From: Schmidtea polychroa
Lineage: Eukaryota
Length of the DNA: 64,000 bases
Assembly (NCBI GenBank): GCA_044892525.1
Contig: CM097885.1
Location: forward strand, 55,986,001 to 56,050,000
Direction of reading: 5' to 3'
Both the position numbers and the translations under genes were made by a program. Below are positions 14,201 through 27,231 of the stretch, piece by piece; the stretch's first letter is position 1, and every line of letters begins with the position of its first letter. The notes beneath the pieces were generated by a model. That model had not been told where the DNA came from. It made no database searches and worked only from the letters and a program-made list of their open reading frames with translations.

Positions 14201-15335
14201 TTTCAAAAGATATGAATTAAAAATCAAAATTGACACATTAAAATATTTAAATCGCCTATAATATACACCGTATTTTTATAAATATTTTAAAATATTTTAT
14301 TAAAGTAGGTTTCTAGGAGCTAATTATAGAAGCTTTAAAAATTTAAAAATTTTAGTTGGTGTCATTTTGAATTTTAAATGATATTTATCTTAATTTTAAA
14401 TAAAATTTTTAAAAATTCAGAAAAAGAAAATATATCATTATATTATATTTATAACCAATGAGAAGTAAGAAAAAGAAAATAAAAGAAATATAGAAATGTA
14501 TATTCGCGAAAAAGATTGCTAAATTCCAGGTGATTGGCCAGGACGATCTTATAGTCGGAAATTTTTTCATTAAATACATTATTCGCAACAAAAGGCTTTA
14601 TTATTGTTTTAAATAATAAATGCTGCTACCAAGNNNNNNNNNNNNNNNNNNNNNNNNNNNNNNNNNNNNNNNNNNNNNNNNNNNNNNNNNNNNNNNNNNN
14701 NNNNNNNNNNNNNNNNNNNNNNNNNNNNNNNNNNNNNNNNNNNNNNNNNNNNNNNNNNNNNNNNNNNNNNNNNNNNNNNNNNNNNNNNNNNNNNNNNNNN
14801 NNNNNNNNNNNNNNNNNNNNNNNNNNNNNNNNNNNNNNNNNNNNNNNNNNNNNNNNNNNNNNNNNNNNNNNNNNNNNNNNNNNNNNNNNAATTAAAATCA
14901 ACTTACTTTTGAATAGCTGATCTTTCAGGTTCGACAACCCAATATCTTTTTGTTTCCATGTTACTAATAAATGGATTTAATATATTCTTAAATAAATTAT
15001 AATTTAACAATAATCATATATTCTTACTTTGTTTGTTTCATTAAATTTTAAAAGATTTTCATGGGTCTTTGCCAAACACATTTCCTTCGCTGTCTGCCAA
15101 CTAGTTTTGAATTTTGAAACAAAATAACAAGCTCTCTGTGGAATGCAAATTGTTTCTAAATATTTAACATGATTTAAATAAATATAAATAGTAAAAGTTT
15201 ATATTTTTTACCGAAAGCATTATATGGATTATCAGCACCTATAGTGGACCCTGTATTATAAATTTAAAAAAATATTGTATAATTTAAAAAATATTTACAA
15301 GTCACTAAAAATAGCAAAATTATCTTTTTTAACAT
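5275..15335 (-). CDS. Gene A: secreted giant preproprotein (about 2890 aa): signal peptide, N-half CTLD, RKRR, helical repeat modules with internal furin sites, RKRR, C-half CTLD
   Basis: Exons (minus): 15335-15299, 15250-15212, 15155-15028, 14986-14907, 13757-13709, 13659-5447, 5401-5275. All introns are GT-AG, phases are consistent and the total is 8673 nt (2891 codons with stop). N-terminus MLKKIILLFLVTWSTIGA-DNPYNAFETICIPQRACYFVSKFKTSWQTAKEMC...KRYWV. C-terminus RCPFVNKFDKDLVTKFTNCDIKQKFICKMNMN*. AATAAA overlaps the stop. The intron 13758-14906 contains an N-gap, so an extra exon there cannot be excluded. Confidence 0.85.
6821..8552 (-). repeat. Internal duplication in gene A: about 430-bp copies at 6821-7250 and 8123-8552 (offset 1302 bp)
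   Basis: Near-identical segment encoding RCILLNLLHG.AKKLIPHIS...NGYVYDPNTRTWTKNTVEVENKIRKKRCS occurs twice. Confidence 0.9.
10125..12225 (-). repeat. Coding tandem array in gene A: 480-bp (160-aa) unit, about 4.4 copies
   Basis: Exact 480-bp spacing of landmarks (antisense ORFs at 10172, 10652, 11132, 11612). The unit begins KKFVNRLIKWNWPDL. Confidence 0.97.
13830..14633 (+). mobile_element. Penelope-like element 3' fragment (GIY-YIG endonuclease end plus tail) inside an intron of gene A, antisense to the gene
   Basis: IVYCIVCYEIYIGSTLRTLHQRVKEH matches the PLE GIY-YIG motif. The downstream tail resembles 22.85-23.63 kb (shared TTGACCTTGAGAATA, AACCAATGAGAAGTAAG, AATGCTG(C/A)TACCAAG). Runs into the gap at 14634. 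Confidence 0.8.
14634..14889. other. Assembly gap (further gaps at 41344-41486, 54084-54249, 55330-55641)
   Basis: Runs of N. Confidence 1.
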
Positions 15336-15539
15336 TTTTAATAATTATTTGATATTTTTCACTTATTTATATTAGCTTACACACGTGTTACAGTTAAAAT
15401 TATACATTGTATTTTGTAACATAATTATTTATTTAATATTTTGTGTAAACTAAAGAAATTGTTGGTATTAACATATATATTATTAATTTTTAACATTTAT
15501 TTCATAAAGGACTTTTATCGTGTTTTTTAAAAACCTCAT

Positions 15540-18500
15540 TTTGAAGATATATTTTAAATTAAAATAAAAAATTAAAATAAACTCTAAATGAAAAAGATAA
15601 TATATAATTTATTAGTGCAAAATAAATATAAATGAAATGAATGATTGTAATTGATAGAGGTATTTTGAGATTATTTACGCCTGTTGCGGTAATGTAAAAA
15701 AGCACAAAATAAAACGGAAGTAGAATAAAAATCAATAAAAACACCAGATTAACAAAAGTACAAAAATTAATTAAAAAATAAATAAAATGTAAAAATTAAT
15801 ATCAATCGGAGGAAATGGGTATGGTTGAACGCAAAGACATGAGACAAATCCAGAAACAGTAATAAAAATTTAGTGAGAGGTCCCTAGAAAAGGTTATAAT
15901 AAAATAACAAACTAATTAAAAATTAATTAATCGCTAATGGAAAGCCCGAGCTAATGAGATGCCCAAGACAAGGGGAAACCCGGAGCGCACTATTACCCGT
16001 CTAATTAGATAGTAAAGCGAATTTGACCTAGCGGCCGTGTAGAAAGGAAATTAGTAGGATAACAAATAATCCCTCCCAGAAGATTAAAATAACGGGTAAT
16101 TAATATGTTAGAGAAATTGTGGTAATCCCTACAATGATTAAAATAACGGTTGGGTAAATGCCAATAATTATTAGGAAATGTCGGTAATTTCCAGAGGAAT
16201 TAATGTAATATTGATAATACCTTTTAGAAAAGTATTAAAGGAAAAGCTGAAAGAGACGAGTTGCCAGTTGGTCGAAGAAACAAAATTAGCGTGGACTTAC
16301 GAAATTAAAGATAATATAAGAGCAAATAATTCAAGTTTATCTAAAAACATTATAACTTATCGTACCAGAAAGATGATTACCTCCTGGGCAACCTACCTTA
16401 CAATAACGATCGTCGACGAAAGAAAGGTGCAAATCGCGTGACTACTTGTAATTGTGATAAAGATTGAATAAAGTTGTTCTGTGTTGTGTTTTAGTTATTT
16501 GATTGCAATTGAACATGAGGAGTTTGAAACTATCCGACATATTAAATAATAACCCAATATTTTGGTGAGCCCGGCGTGATCCAAGTCGCCGATGAATATT
16601 ACAAAAATTTGTTACAGTACTGTGAATATTCCGACGTGATTAAAGATGATGAATTATTATTGAATTTGTGAAAATATTGAAGTGAACAGTTGATTTTAAA
16701 GTGGAAAGCTATTGAGAAGTTAGAAACCAGATTGTTAAAGAGAAAATAAATTGAAAAAATTAAAAGAAAGTAAATTAAAGTGACCGAATTGTAGCAAGAC
16801 TAATTTTTGAAGGGAGTGAAAAAGGAGATCAAAAAGGCTTTATGTTATGTCGATTTCAACAACTTCGATGAATAGATTAAAAAAGCAATGAAAATTGAAC
16901 TAATTTTAAAAACTTCTCAATTACAGAAGAATCTTTTGTAACTATTAATGAGCCAAGATAAAGATCAATAACGCCAGTTAGATATAATTTACTCCAGAAA
17001 TCAACAAGCCCATCACTAAAGTGTAAGCTCAGAAAATCAACAATTAGCCCAATTGATGAGACAGAAAGATCAATTCAATGCAGTCATTGTAACAGACTTA
17101 GACATCACTTAAATCAATGTTGGTTTAAAATTAATTCACGCATAAGCTCAAGTACAGTTCAGTGTGATTATTGTCAAAGTAAAGAACATTGTGACTCTCA
17201 ATGTTAGTTTAAAATAAATAGACAACAAAGTCCAAAGAGAATGTGGCCAGAGTAGTTGAAAGGTAATGGTAAGAGGAGCCTCAATAAAATGAACACCAAT
17301 GGTCAGAGAACTAATGACAATATATAGTGTTATAATCGTGGAAGGAAAGTGCATGTGTCACGAAATTGTTTTGCAATGTCAACATCTCGATAAACATCAC
17401 CATCACTACAGAGAGATAGAGTCAACCTACAAGGTCAAATTCAATGCCATTCCTGTAGACTCTAGTTGAAAGGTCTAATGGAACACTAATCAACATGGCA
17501 TCATCATACATTAATAAAAAGCAAAAGGATTAAGATTTATTTATTAAACCATTCTTATTTGCATAGGCTCCTATTTATTCGCTATGTATTTTTTACTAAA
17601 CGCTATGTATTTTATTAGTGCCTTTATGTATTTTTTTCTAAGTAAATATTTATAAAATGCTAAGTATTATATTAATTATATAAGTAAAAAATAGAATTCA
17701 TTAGGTATTTAATTATTTTATTATAGGTAATATTTTTAATTTTTATAGGTAAAAAAATACAAAAACTAAGTAAAACAATGAAAAATTCATAAGAATAAAC
17801 AAAAAGTGACACAATAAAAAATCCATAAAAATACAAAGACTATTTCACAAAGACTATTATAAAAATATTTGAAATTATTGTTTTAATAAGGCTTTTTTAG
17901 CTTTAGTTGGTCTTCCTCTTGCTAGTTTACTTCCAATAGAAGTATTCTTAGCTACTGCCAGTACTTTGCAATATTTAAATCTGATTGAAATGCCGACAAC
18001 ATGCTTGCAAATAAATTTTTAAAAAAATGCTGGACAATTGCACTGACCGTCGGCCCAATCGGCTTTATCGTTTGGTAAATTAATGCGCCAGCAGTAAAAG
18101 CTCACTTTGTAAATTGATCGAATGTTGTCCAGCGCATTTTTTCAACTTTGTCAATGTCTTCTTGAGTTATAGTTGAGTCACTAGCTGAAACATAGTAGTT
18201 TGTCAACTGTTCTTGGGGCACCGAAAGAATTGCTTTGCTTTCTTTAGCCCATTGATAAGACTGTGTCCATAATGCTGTGTCGATTGAATGTTTTGTAATA
18301 AACTCCTTCAGACTTTGAGGATATGCTAGTGACCACTTTTTAACAATATCTAAAGCTTGTTTGCTAAATCTAGATAATGGCGTGCGTTCTCTAATAGTTT
18401 CTTCGTCTTTAAGAACTCGATTATTTGACTCTAGATTATTGTTAGTACTTGGCGTGAAGATCATGTATCCTTCATACCAAGTATTGTGTGTCGTAAGCCA

Positions 18501-20480
18501 CATCATATTCATATAGTCTAAAAACTCAGTCGCTTTTTTTGTCTCCATTTTTTAACAAATAGAGAACTTGCTTTTTCAAAAATGACTTGGCTTTGTGACA
18601 ATTGAAGTTGATCTACATCTTCAATTATTTCGTTTTGATCTTCTTTAGCTACTAAAGACTTGATTTTTTTGACACAATTTCTACGCATTTGTGCCCAACA
18701 CATCACAATTTCATTTTTATTAAAAACTTGTGAATAAGCTTTACGTATAGCGTTAGAAGCATCAGAAATCAATACACGAGGATTGAATAATGATTCATTT
18801 ATTTTTTTCAAGCCAATATTGATACTTGAAAAAATAAAATTAAAATCAGCAGTTTTTTCATTGGTACATATACCTAGGCCATACGAATGAAAATGCCTAT
18901 CTAAATCGGTTGTACCAATGATTAAAATTAAATAGCCCTGCCAAACCAGTTTATAAGTTGCATCAGCATTTAAAATTGTTTCTTATTGTAATCTTATTGT
19001 ACTTATAAAAAATCTAAATTTAGAGCCGTGGTTTTCTTCATCTTCATCGCTTTCTTCATTACTCTCTTCACACTCATATTCATCGGCATAAGTTATTTTA
19101 TAATTGACTACAAAGGCTTCATCTTCTAACTCTGGTATAGAAGATGATGATTGAAGCCAATTTTCAAGCTCACGTAAACTTATTACTGGTGGCCCGTAAA
19201 CTTCATTTCTAATCTTGTTTAATTGATTTCTTAATTGTATAGTAGTAGGAACAGGCTTTATACCTCGTTCATGAAAGATTTCTAACATTCTCTTAGGTTT
19301 TATTTTAAGCTTAAACAACTCTTTAATCAGTTCTTTAGCTTCGTTAGATATTGCAGATTTAAACATGTTTTCTTCATGCTTATGCTCAGCTTCTGCCCTA
19401 AAATGAATAACTTCGTCTGATCTTGAGTCGTAAAGTAAATGTAATGCAGAATCACATTGCTTGCCTTTAAATTTAACTTTATTGCATCGATAGTAAACTT
19501 TTTTACCATCTTCAGTTTTGTTGGAATAAGAGTAACTCCATATCTTCTCTTCTTTAACTGCATATTTTGCTTCTTCAGCACTTTTAAATACTTTTTCATG
19601 AGTCCAAACTTTGGAAACTTTTTTTGGCTCGTGGTTTCTTTAAACTTGTAACTTCAACATCAAACTCAAGATCAGACTGATAATCTTCAACTTCTGCAAA
19701 ATTATTAGCCATTATAAGTTCAGTATTTGTTTTAATTTTGTTTATAATAAATAAATAAACAAAATGATTAGATTTCTAAGACTTTACGTAGAAAAACATA
19801 CCGCTTTATTGAAAGTTTGTAATAATTGTCGAAAAAAATAAGATCTAAGAACATCTTAGAAAAAATTAAGATTTATTGATGGATTTTATTAATTGACATA
19901 TCATTTTTTTATTTTACTTATAACTTGTTTTCTTGACTTGGCATTTATTTATTTTACATAGTTTTTAATTAATTACTTAGCGAATGTATTAAAAATCTAG
20001 AATTAATTAATTAACATAGAAGTGTTTTACTCTACTGATACTGTGTATTTATCTACATAGAAAGTGTTTATAAAATACATAGCGTTTAGTAAAAAATACA
20101 TAGCGAATAAATAGTTCTCATTTGCATATCGAAATGCAGTAAATGAAAATACCAGTGAAACACCTTTGTATCTTATGTATTTACGACGTGATAACATGCC
20201 AATTGATTTAAAGTTTCAAGCACCTATTACAAAGTACATGGAAATATATCTAATTATAAAATAATTGTGAAGTAAAGATTACAGTCAGTGTGGACTCAAT
20301 CTGGACTTAAAATAAGACATCATCAGGAAGTGTATAAAGACTGTTACGACTAGCGAGCATATGCTCATAATATTAAAGTTAGAGATTTGGTCTACGTAAA
20401 CAAGCCGGAACCAGCAAAGGGTTTGTCACCAAAGTTACAACGACCATATAAAGGATCATATTTAATGTGTGATACCACGG
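15540..20480 (+). mobile_element. Degenerate Ty3/Gypsy LTR element: LTR-like segment, tRNA-Trp PBS, gag remnant joined to an integrase C-terminal remnant, interrupted by a MULE
   Basis: PBS TGGTGAGCCCGGCGTGAT at 16563-16580. 16810-17460 aligns to the Gag at 47654 (EIKxALCxV.xxNFDE; CYNRGRKVHVSRNC). Integrase LVERSNGTLINMASSY..KD*DLFIKPFLFA at 17462-17565 continues as YRNAVNENTSETPLYLMY and DLVYVNKP...SPKLQRPYKGSY after 20128. The 5' boundary is approximate. Confidence 0.8.
17566..20119 (-). mobile_element. Mutator-like (MULE) DNA transposon with a frameshifted transposase
   Basis: About 45-bp TIRs (CTATTTATTCGCTATGTATTTTTTACTAAACGCTATGTATTTTAT). 9-bp TSD ATTTGCATA at 17557-17565 and 20120-20128. 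Minus-strand fragments (about 19712-17875) carry LISDASNAI, CWAQM, TNNNLESNNRVLK, a SWIM finger CNCP..CKH and a RGRP AT-hook. Confidence 0.93.
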
Positions 20481-20679
20481 AAACCAATCTAAAACTACGC
20501 CCACAAAATAATAAAAAGATAGGGGCGATTGGCATTCATGTTAATTGATGTATAAAGGTGCCAGCTACAGATGATAGCAGATAACAATTGAGATAAAAAC
20601 ACGAACAAAAAAGGAGAAATGGCAGTCAAACAAAAACCCACAAAAAATCTCGAGCCATTGGGATGTATCAACAGAAAGC

Positions 20680-21930
20680 ATTCTTGAACGTTTATGGAAT
20701 TCCTGGTATGTCATCGGCTTTTGCGCTCACGACATTACAAGAACCAATAGAAGTTCTATAGGATATGGAAATGTATATTCTGAAAATACAGAGCTTCTTT
20801 ATATAGACATTAATAAGTTGTATGGTTGGGCGATTAGAAAAAGAATCTGCGTATAGTGATTTTATTTGGGTGAATGATAATCTGAATGATGTTCTGAGTG
20901 AATGCGTGAATGCTGGTATTAAAAACCTTCCATATGGTTATACTATGGAGGTTGATATAAATATTCCTGATTGCTTGCGTGACTTTCTGAAAGATTTTCC
21001 TCATGCTACGGAAAAATTGTGCCCACCTGATTCTAAAGTTGAGAAGCTAATGCTTACGCATTGGTCCAAGAAGAACCAAGTTCTTCATTGAAGGCTTCTT
21101 AAACTGTATATAGAATTAGGTGCGGTTGTTGTGAATATACATAGGGCAATTAAATTTAAACAATTGCCAATTTTTAAAACCTACATAGATAGGAACACAA
21201 ATTTACACTCAAATTTTACGTGTAAGCTGTATAGAGATTTATATAAATTATTTAATAATAGTTTGTATGAGAAATCCGTAGAGAATTTGAAAAAACAGAT
21301 GAAAAGATGATTGTATAAGTCTTAAAACCGGGATTGAGAAAATTCATCAAAATTGATGATGATTTGACTATCGCGCATCTAAATAAGGATTCTATTTGTT
21401 TAGATAGACCTAGATACATCGGTCAACCAGTGCTAGATCTATCTAAACTACAGAAGTACCATCTACAATATAATGAATTATCTAAATATAGAGCGGAATT
21501 CAACTGTGATATTAATATCATTGCCAGAAATCTAGATTCGTTTATTCTTGAAGTTAAGAACTGTAAGCTTAACATTCCTTTGTCGGCAATGATTTGAGAC
21601 AACCTTTTAGATACCTTGAATTATGACGCCACACATCCGCTATACTTGAGAAACCTTGATTCTGTGATAGGTAAATTTTAGGACGAAATTAAAGGTCTCG
21701 GTTATTCGAATGGATTTACTTAAGGCCCAAGTGTTATAGTTTATAAGGTTTCAAAGATACCATGAAGGCTAAAAGGGTTAAATTAGTGGGGACAGAGATT
21801 GGGCACTAGTCATATTTAGACTGCTACAATAATATTGTAGATTTTACTGTGCCACAAACTAGGATAGTGGCACGTAACCACTACCTTTACATGTTTAAAA
21901 ATAGCAAGATCGCCTTGTCAAACAACAATT
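20680..21930 (+). pseudogene. Degenerate family-B DNA polymerase of Polinton/Maverick type
   Basis: GYTMEVDINIP...KVEKLMLT, IHRAIKFKQ..FKTYIDRNT, LYKLFNNSLYEKSVEN, RPRYIGQPVLDLSK, NLDSFILEV; multiple stops and frameshifts. Confidence 0.75.
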
Positions 21931-22019
21931 AATTGATTAATTAAACTATATAAAATGTATGTGTGTGTATTATTTAAACTCTATTTTTGAGAGGCACAAA
22001 AACGAGATGAAAATCAATA

Positions 22020-22300
22020 AAACCTAAAATTCGCAATAATAATTTAAAGTACAAAAATTTTAAGTAAAAATTAAAAAATTAAAAAGGAATATTTTGGGGG
22101 AAACTAATATGGGCGGATGCCGAACAATGACACAAATTCAAATATATTAAAAATAATGTTAATGGGGTCCTTAGACGGAAATAATTACAAAAAACTAAAA
22201 TTAATTAAAAAATTAATTAGCTAATAGAAACCCGAGCTAATGGAAAACACGAACTAATGGAAAACACGAGCTAATCGAAAACCCGAGCAGTGTAAGAGGA
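22020..22300 (+). mobile_element. LTR-like fragment related to 15.75-16.0 kb
   Basis: Shared motifs AAAGTACAAAAATT, GGTCC(C/T)TAGA and GCTAATGGAAA..CCGAGCTAATG by visual comparison. Confidence 0.55.
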
Positions 22301-22399
22301 CACTAGTGGTCAATCAAATTAGCCTACGAGTAATTAAATTGGGGCAAACTATCAAAAATTGAATAAATCACCCAAACCAATTAGGTCGGTAAGAGGAAG

Positions 22400-23630
22400 C
22401 CCGAAGAAAAGAATCCAAAGTAGCTTGATAAGGAAATAATAAAATTACAAGAAAAGTATAAAAACGACCGGTAAGTGAACAGAAAACCAGCTTGCAAAGA
22501 AATATTTATGCACCAAAGATCAGCGCTTCCATACTTACAGAAAGTACACGTCATAAAAAACGAGAAACAAAGGATAGCCAATCGATGTATGGAAGAAAAC
22601 GAGAACTATAAACAGCAATTAAACTTCAATAAAATACTACAGAGAAACGGATATCAAGGTAAGGACATTGAAAGAATGAATTCTACCCCAAAAAGATCTA
22701 GGGAAATAACACAAAAAAGAAGAAATATTTTTATCTGAATATCCCATTCATCAGTGACATACTCGACTCCAAGATCCTGAAAAAACGGAAACGCATTGGC
22801 CTTTCAATTCGTATACCACATAAATCTTGGAAATTGAGAAAAACCTTCAAAAAAAAACATTGTCTATTGCATCACGGCAATGTATGCAAAGAAATATACG
22901 CTCAGGACCTTGCACCAAAGAGTTAAAGAACATCTATTTCCTGATAGCAAATCCTCGGTATACAGAGATATCCAACAATTTCAACCAAAGAAGGAAAGAA
23001 AAAATTTTTTCAAATAAAATCTTAGCCAATGGAAACATCCAAAAAATGTCAGATTTAAGGAAGCAATTCTCATAATAAACTGACGGCCAACAATCAGCAC
23101 TAAAGAAGAGATCAATGAAATCATCAGTTTAATTTGTTGTTATTGACCTTGAGAATAGATTTAAAAAAAATTAAATTAAAAAATAAAAAATAATTTTAAA
23201 ATAATATAGAAAAATAGGTCAAATATACTTTTAAAAGATCATTAAGAATAAAAATCAAAATAGAAACTTTTTTTAAAATATTTAAATTACGTATAAAATT
23301 GTTATTGAAAACTATATTTTAAAAAAGCTTTATAAATTTTAAAAAATTTTTATTTTTTTGTTTAAAATTTTAGAAGATATTTAATTTAAAAAAATTTTAA
23401 ATTCTTCAGAAAAAAAGTTGATTGCTATTTTTAACCAATGAGAAGTAAGTAAAAGGAAATAAAAGTGAAGTTTGAAAAGCATTTTGAAAATGGAAGAAAC
23501 TAAATTCCAGGAAATTGACAAGGCTATCTTATAAACGAAAGTTTTTCATTTGTATTAAATATATTATTCGCATCAAAAGGCCTTAATTATCATTTAATTG
23601 TTTAAAATTTAATTAATGCTGATACCAAGA
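22400..23630 (+). mobile_element. Penelope-like element 3' portion (RT C-terminal/thumb region, GIY-YIG and tail), decayed
   Basis: NRKPACKEIFMHQRSALP..NEKQRIANRC..ILQRNGY (22475-22738), followed by RTLHQRVKEH-like sequence near 22905 and a tail homologous to 13.8-14.6 kb. Confidence 0.75.
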
Positions 23631-25639
23631 AATCATCACTTTAAAATTTCAACAATAATAGTGATAATAACGTTGTTGTTATATGTAATAAAAGAGAGTA
23701 ATGAAATAATTACATACTATTGTCAAAACCCGAAGTTGGAGCAAAAATATTCATAATCGTGTTAATAAAGAATAGTAAAGCTCGTATTTACATTTGAAGG
23801 AGCTATGTCAAAAAGTGCAGAATTTCAGAAATAAAAATAATAAAAAATTTCCGATCTAACGGAATTTTAGTTTTATGTACGTTGTACGTTAATTTATATT
23901 TGTGTTTTAACGTAATTTCTATGATAATAAATTCTTCATGTTATTTCTTTTCTTTTTAATAAGTTTTCTAGGAATTTTATTCATTATGAAACAGTTCCAA
24001 ATAATGAAAGAAGGGTAAATAATTGGAGTCTTTTGATACGAAAATGGATTGGCTCGAAAGAGACACTTCGTCTAGTATCATAGGAAATCATTTCGCGGTC
24101 CCGAGTACCGGCTTCTGTGGGCGATTAGCATTATTGTGGTGCAAATAATGCAGGGGACGTTAGGTTAATAACTATTATCATTATTTTTTGTAGCGAAACT
24201 GAAACCCATTACGTTCGAGGAACAATTGTATGTAGATGACAGTAGCAACATTAATTTTATGACAAATTGAAGAAAGTTCATCCACCTTTTTATTTTTCTT
24301 TTTCACACATTGCGCAGTTTGACTATCGATTTCAAGTTCACACTGATTTTTTATATGACGTTCTAGACTGCTTTTAAGCATATTCCAGTCAGCTGTTTCC
24401 ATTTGTTTATAAACAAGGCATTTACTGATGGTTGTTAAATTTCTTTTTTTTTGATTTGATTATTTTGGATAAACTATCTCGTTTTCAGTGCAAGATTACA
24501 AGATTTTTAATAACTTATAAAGCACAAGAAAATATCTTATAGAAATGCAATCAACAGTGTAATGTCAAACAGGTGTATTTGAATGAAGAAACTATCCTCA
24601 TCTCCTGAACAGAAAAGGAATCCAAGCATTGCATCTGTTGAAAAGCTAACCAATCTCACATAGATGCCGACAAACTGTCAAATTTTTGGAAACTTCACTT
24701 TTCTGTTCAATAGCAAAAAACAGCGACTGGATCGAATCAAAATTATGATTACGGATATAGAATTGCTCTGGCGGGAAATGCTAGACTTTCCACTACTATT
24801 CAGCGCACTCATCATAAAGAAACTCAATAGTCTGATTGATTTATTTGACAAAACCAAAATGAAACCATCTGATAAGTTCACTGCAACACTTTCTCAGTTA
24901 TTTGATATCACCAACGTTAATGAAGAATGGAAAAGCACGAGAGATTACCAAAGGCAAGTTAAGAGTAAAGGAAAGATTGTTTATTCAATGGTCAAACTGG
25001 ACGTCTCAAATTGACCGATTAAAACCACTGGGTCCAGTGATTTTAGAAGTTTTGATGAGAGTCTAGTTAGTATTAAAATCTTGCAACCTAACACAATAGT
25101 TAGCCAAATATCCTGCCTTGAGGAGTTAGAATTCAGAATTTCACATTAACCGAAACGAGACAAACCATTATGATGGTAAATGATCACAAATATGCTCACA
25201 ACGAAAACTATGCGTAGCTAATAACAATCATTGTAAAAATTCTAATAATACAATTTTCAAAATGAGAAATTTCTTTCTCAAAATCTTAAAATAACGTTGT
25301 ATAACAATAAAAAATGAAGACCGTAACTAAATGGACAAGAAGGAACAATAAGCAAAAAATATATGTATGATGGTAAAGCGACATAAGACCTTCTATCGGC
25401 AGTCATGGACACAAAAATAAAAATGTATTGAGGACTAGATAAAGTAGTGGAGCTCCCTACTCATTGATTTTCAGTCATTGTGTTCATTACAAACACGGAT
25501 GTCGCATTGGTTTAAATTGGTTTAAACATTTAAACAACAAGCGCCAACACAATGCATGCACTTCTGCCTTGTAAGTATTTTATTAACAGTTGATTTCAAT
25601 TTTTTATTTGATGCGAAAATGTCTTTAACCTCAGATAAA

Positions 25640-26100
25640 ATGAGTGCAAAACGCAAAAGCTATAGTGTCAAATATAAAAAGTTGAATTGTGGAGAATTCC
25701 AGTATCAAGAATCTTAAAAGCTTTACAATGTTGGATCTTTAAATGATACGAAAATGGTGAATAGAATATAGTTACTTGAGTCAAAAATAGACCAGGAAAA
25801 TGTTTTGAAAATTCAATTGTAGATTAAGTGGGCAATAATCATTTCCTGAATTAGGAAATATCACCTATATTAGATCACTAAAAAATTCATAGCTTTGTTT
25901 GTATACAAGGCTAATTCAAGCATTTGACTTTACAATGGTATCATAATTATATATACTTCCAGAGGAATTCGAATCATGACAATACTAACTAGATGTCTTC
26001 CTTCAGTGAAATGAACTTTTTATAAGAAGATCGACAACACTTTTGAAGCTATTAAACGCGCACTGGTATTCAAGTTAATTATGTAAAATAAGTTGACGTA
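25640..26100 (+). mobile_element. Possible pogo/Tigger transposase remnant
   Basis: Begins MSAKRKSYSVKYK, resembling pogo N-terminal DNA-binding domains, with an IRRST-like motif near 26025; heavily decayed and no TIR established. Confidence 0.35.
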
Positions 26101-27231
26101 AACCCTCAAGTTATTTACATAGACCTTTTCAAATGCCAACTCTCCAACATGATCACCATGGATAAATTGCGATATTTATGATCCAAGAGAATTAAACTAT
26201 GATTTACCATAGTTGAGTCTCGTCAATTTACAATCAGGGAAGAATTCGATTTTTGATGAGTTATTAAAATGTTGCAGAAGAAAATGATAGGAATGTGTTA
26301 AAATAAATGTTTTGTGATACCTGAAAAACAAGGCATTCTTTATAAAGGCTGGATGCGTATTTTGAACTAAAAATTGAATTTAAATGAGATCTTATTTTCA
26401 GGGACACACGTTTTATATGAGGAAGCGATGCGCAAAAATTTAATAAAATTTGACAAATTAATGGTGCAATAATTACGAGTAATATATAAGATTTAGAAAT
26501 ACAATAAAATATTTTAACCTTTTCAATTAAGTTCTTTGTTAGCAATTATTGATAAGATATTCTAAAATTAATAAACGACCACATTTAACTGGTTTCATCA
26601 TTATGAACTTTCATTAAAATACCATGCAAATCTAACATTTAGTGATTGCCACCCAAATCACATTAGTTAAAGGTCTGCAAATGCAAGGACGGAAAGGGTT
26701 AAAATATATTATAATAATCTAGTAAGAAAACAGAAAACTTAAGTTATTTTCGATTTTTAATTTTGAAAAATCCCGTATTTATAGACTGCAAAAGTATAAA
26801 TTTGATGTCATTTTTAATAACAGATTTTGTGTCTATTAAAAGATTGGAAAATCATAAATATAATTCATTGGATTGTTTTGTGTTATAACTGCTATTTAAT
26901 ATCGTAAATTATTCCACCATAAAATATTTAAAGAATATGAAAATTTGAAAATATTGAAATAATTTATATCTATTATACTTTAAATTCAAACATTAATTTT
27001 CTCAACATTAATTTTAGTTATGTTAAAGTGGAAAAAACTACAACTTTAATTTTCAAGTAAATTTTTAATATTTTATTAATGCTTTTAATTTTAATATTTT
27101 TTGTGGTCTAAGAATTTTTAATTTATTCGATTGGTAATCTGATGTTATTTGTAATTTGAATATAATAAATTTTCGAATTAAAATGAAAATAATAAAATTT
27201 CATATAATAATATAGTTTCAAAGATGTTTTA

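Noticed and set aside
24181-25014. ORFs 24181-24402 (-) and 24664-25014 (+) as genes
   Set aside because: Probably decayed DNA-transposon sequence, but I could not identify diagnostic motifs or termini.
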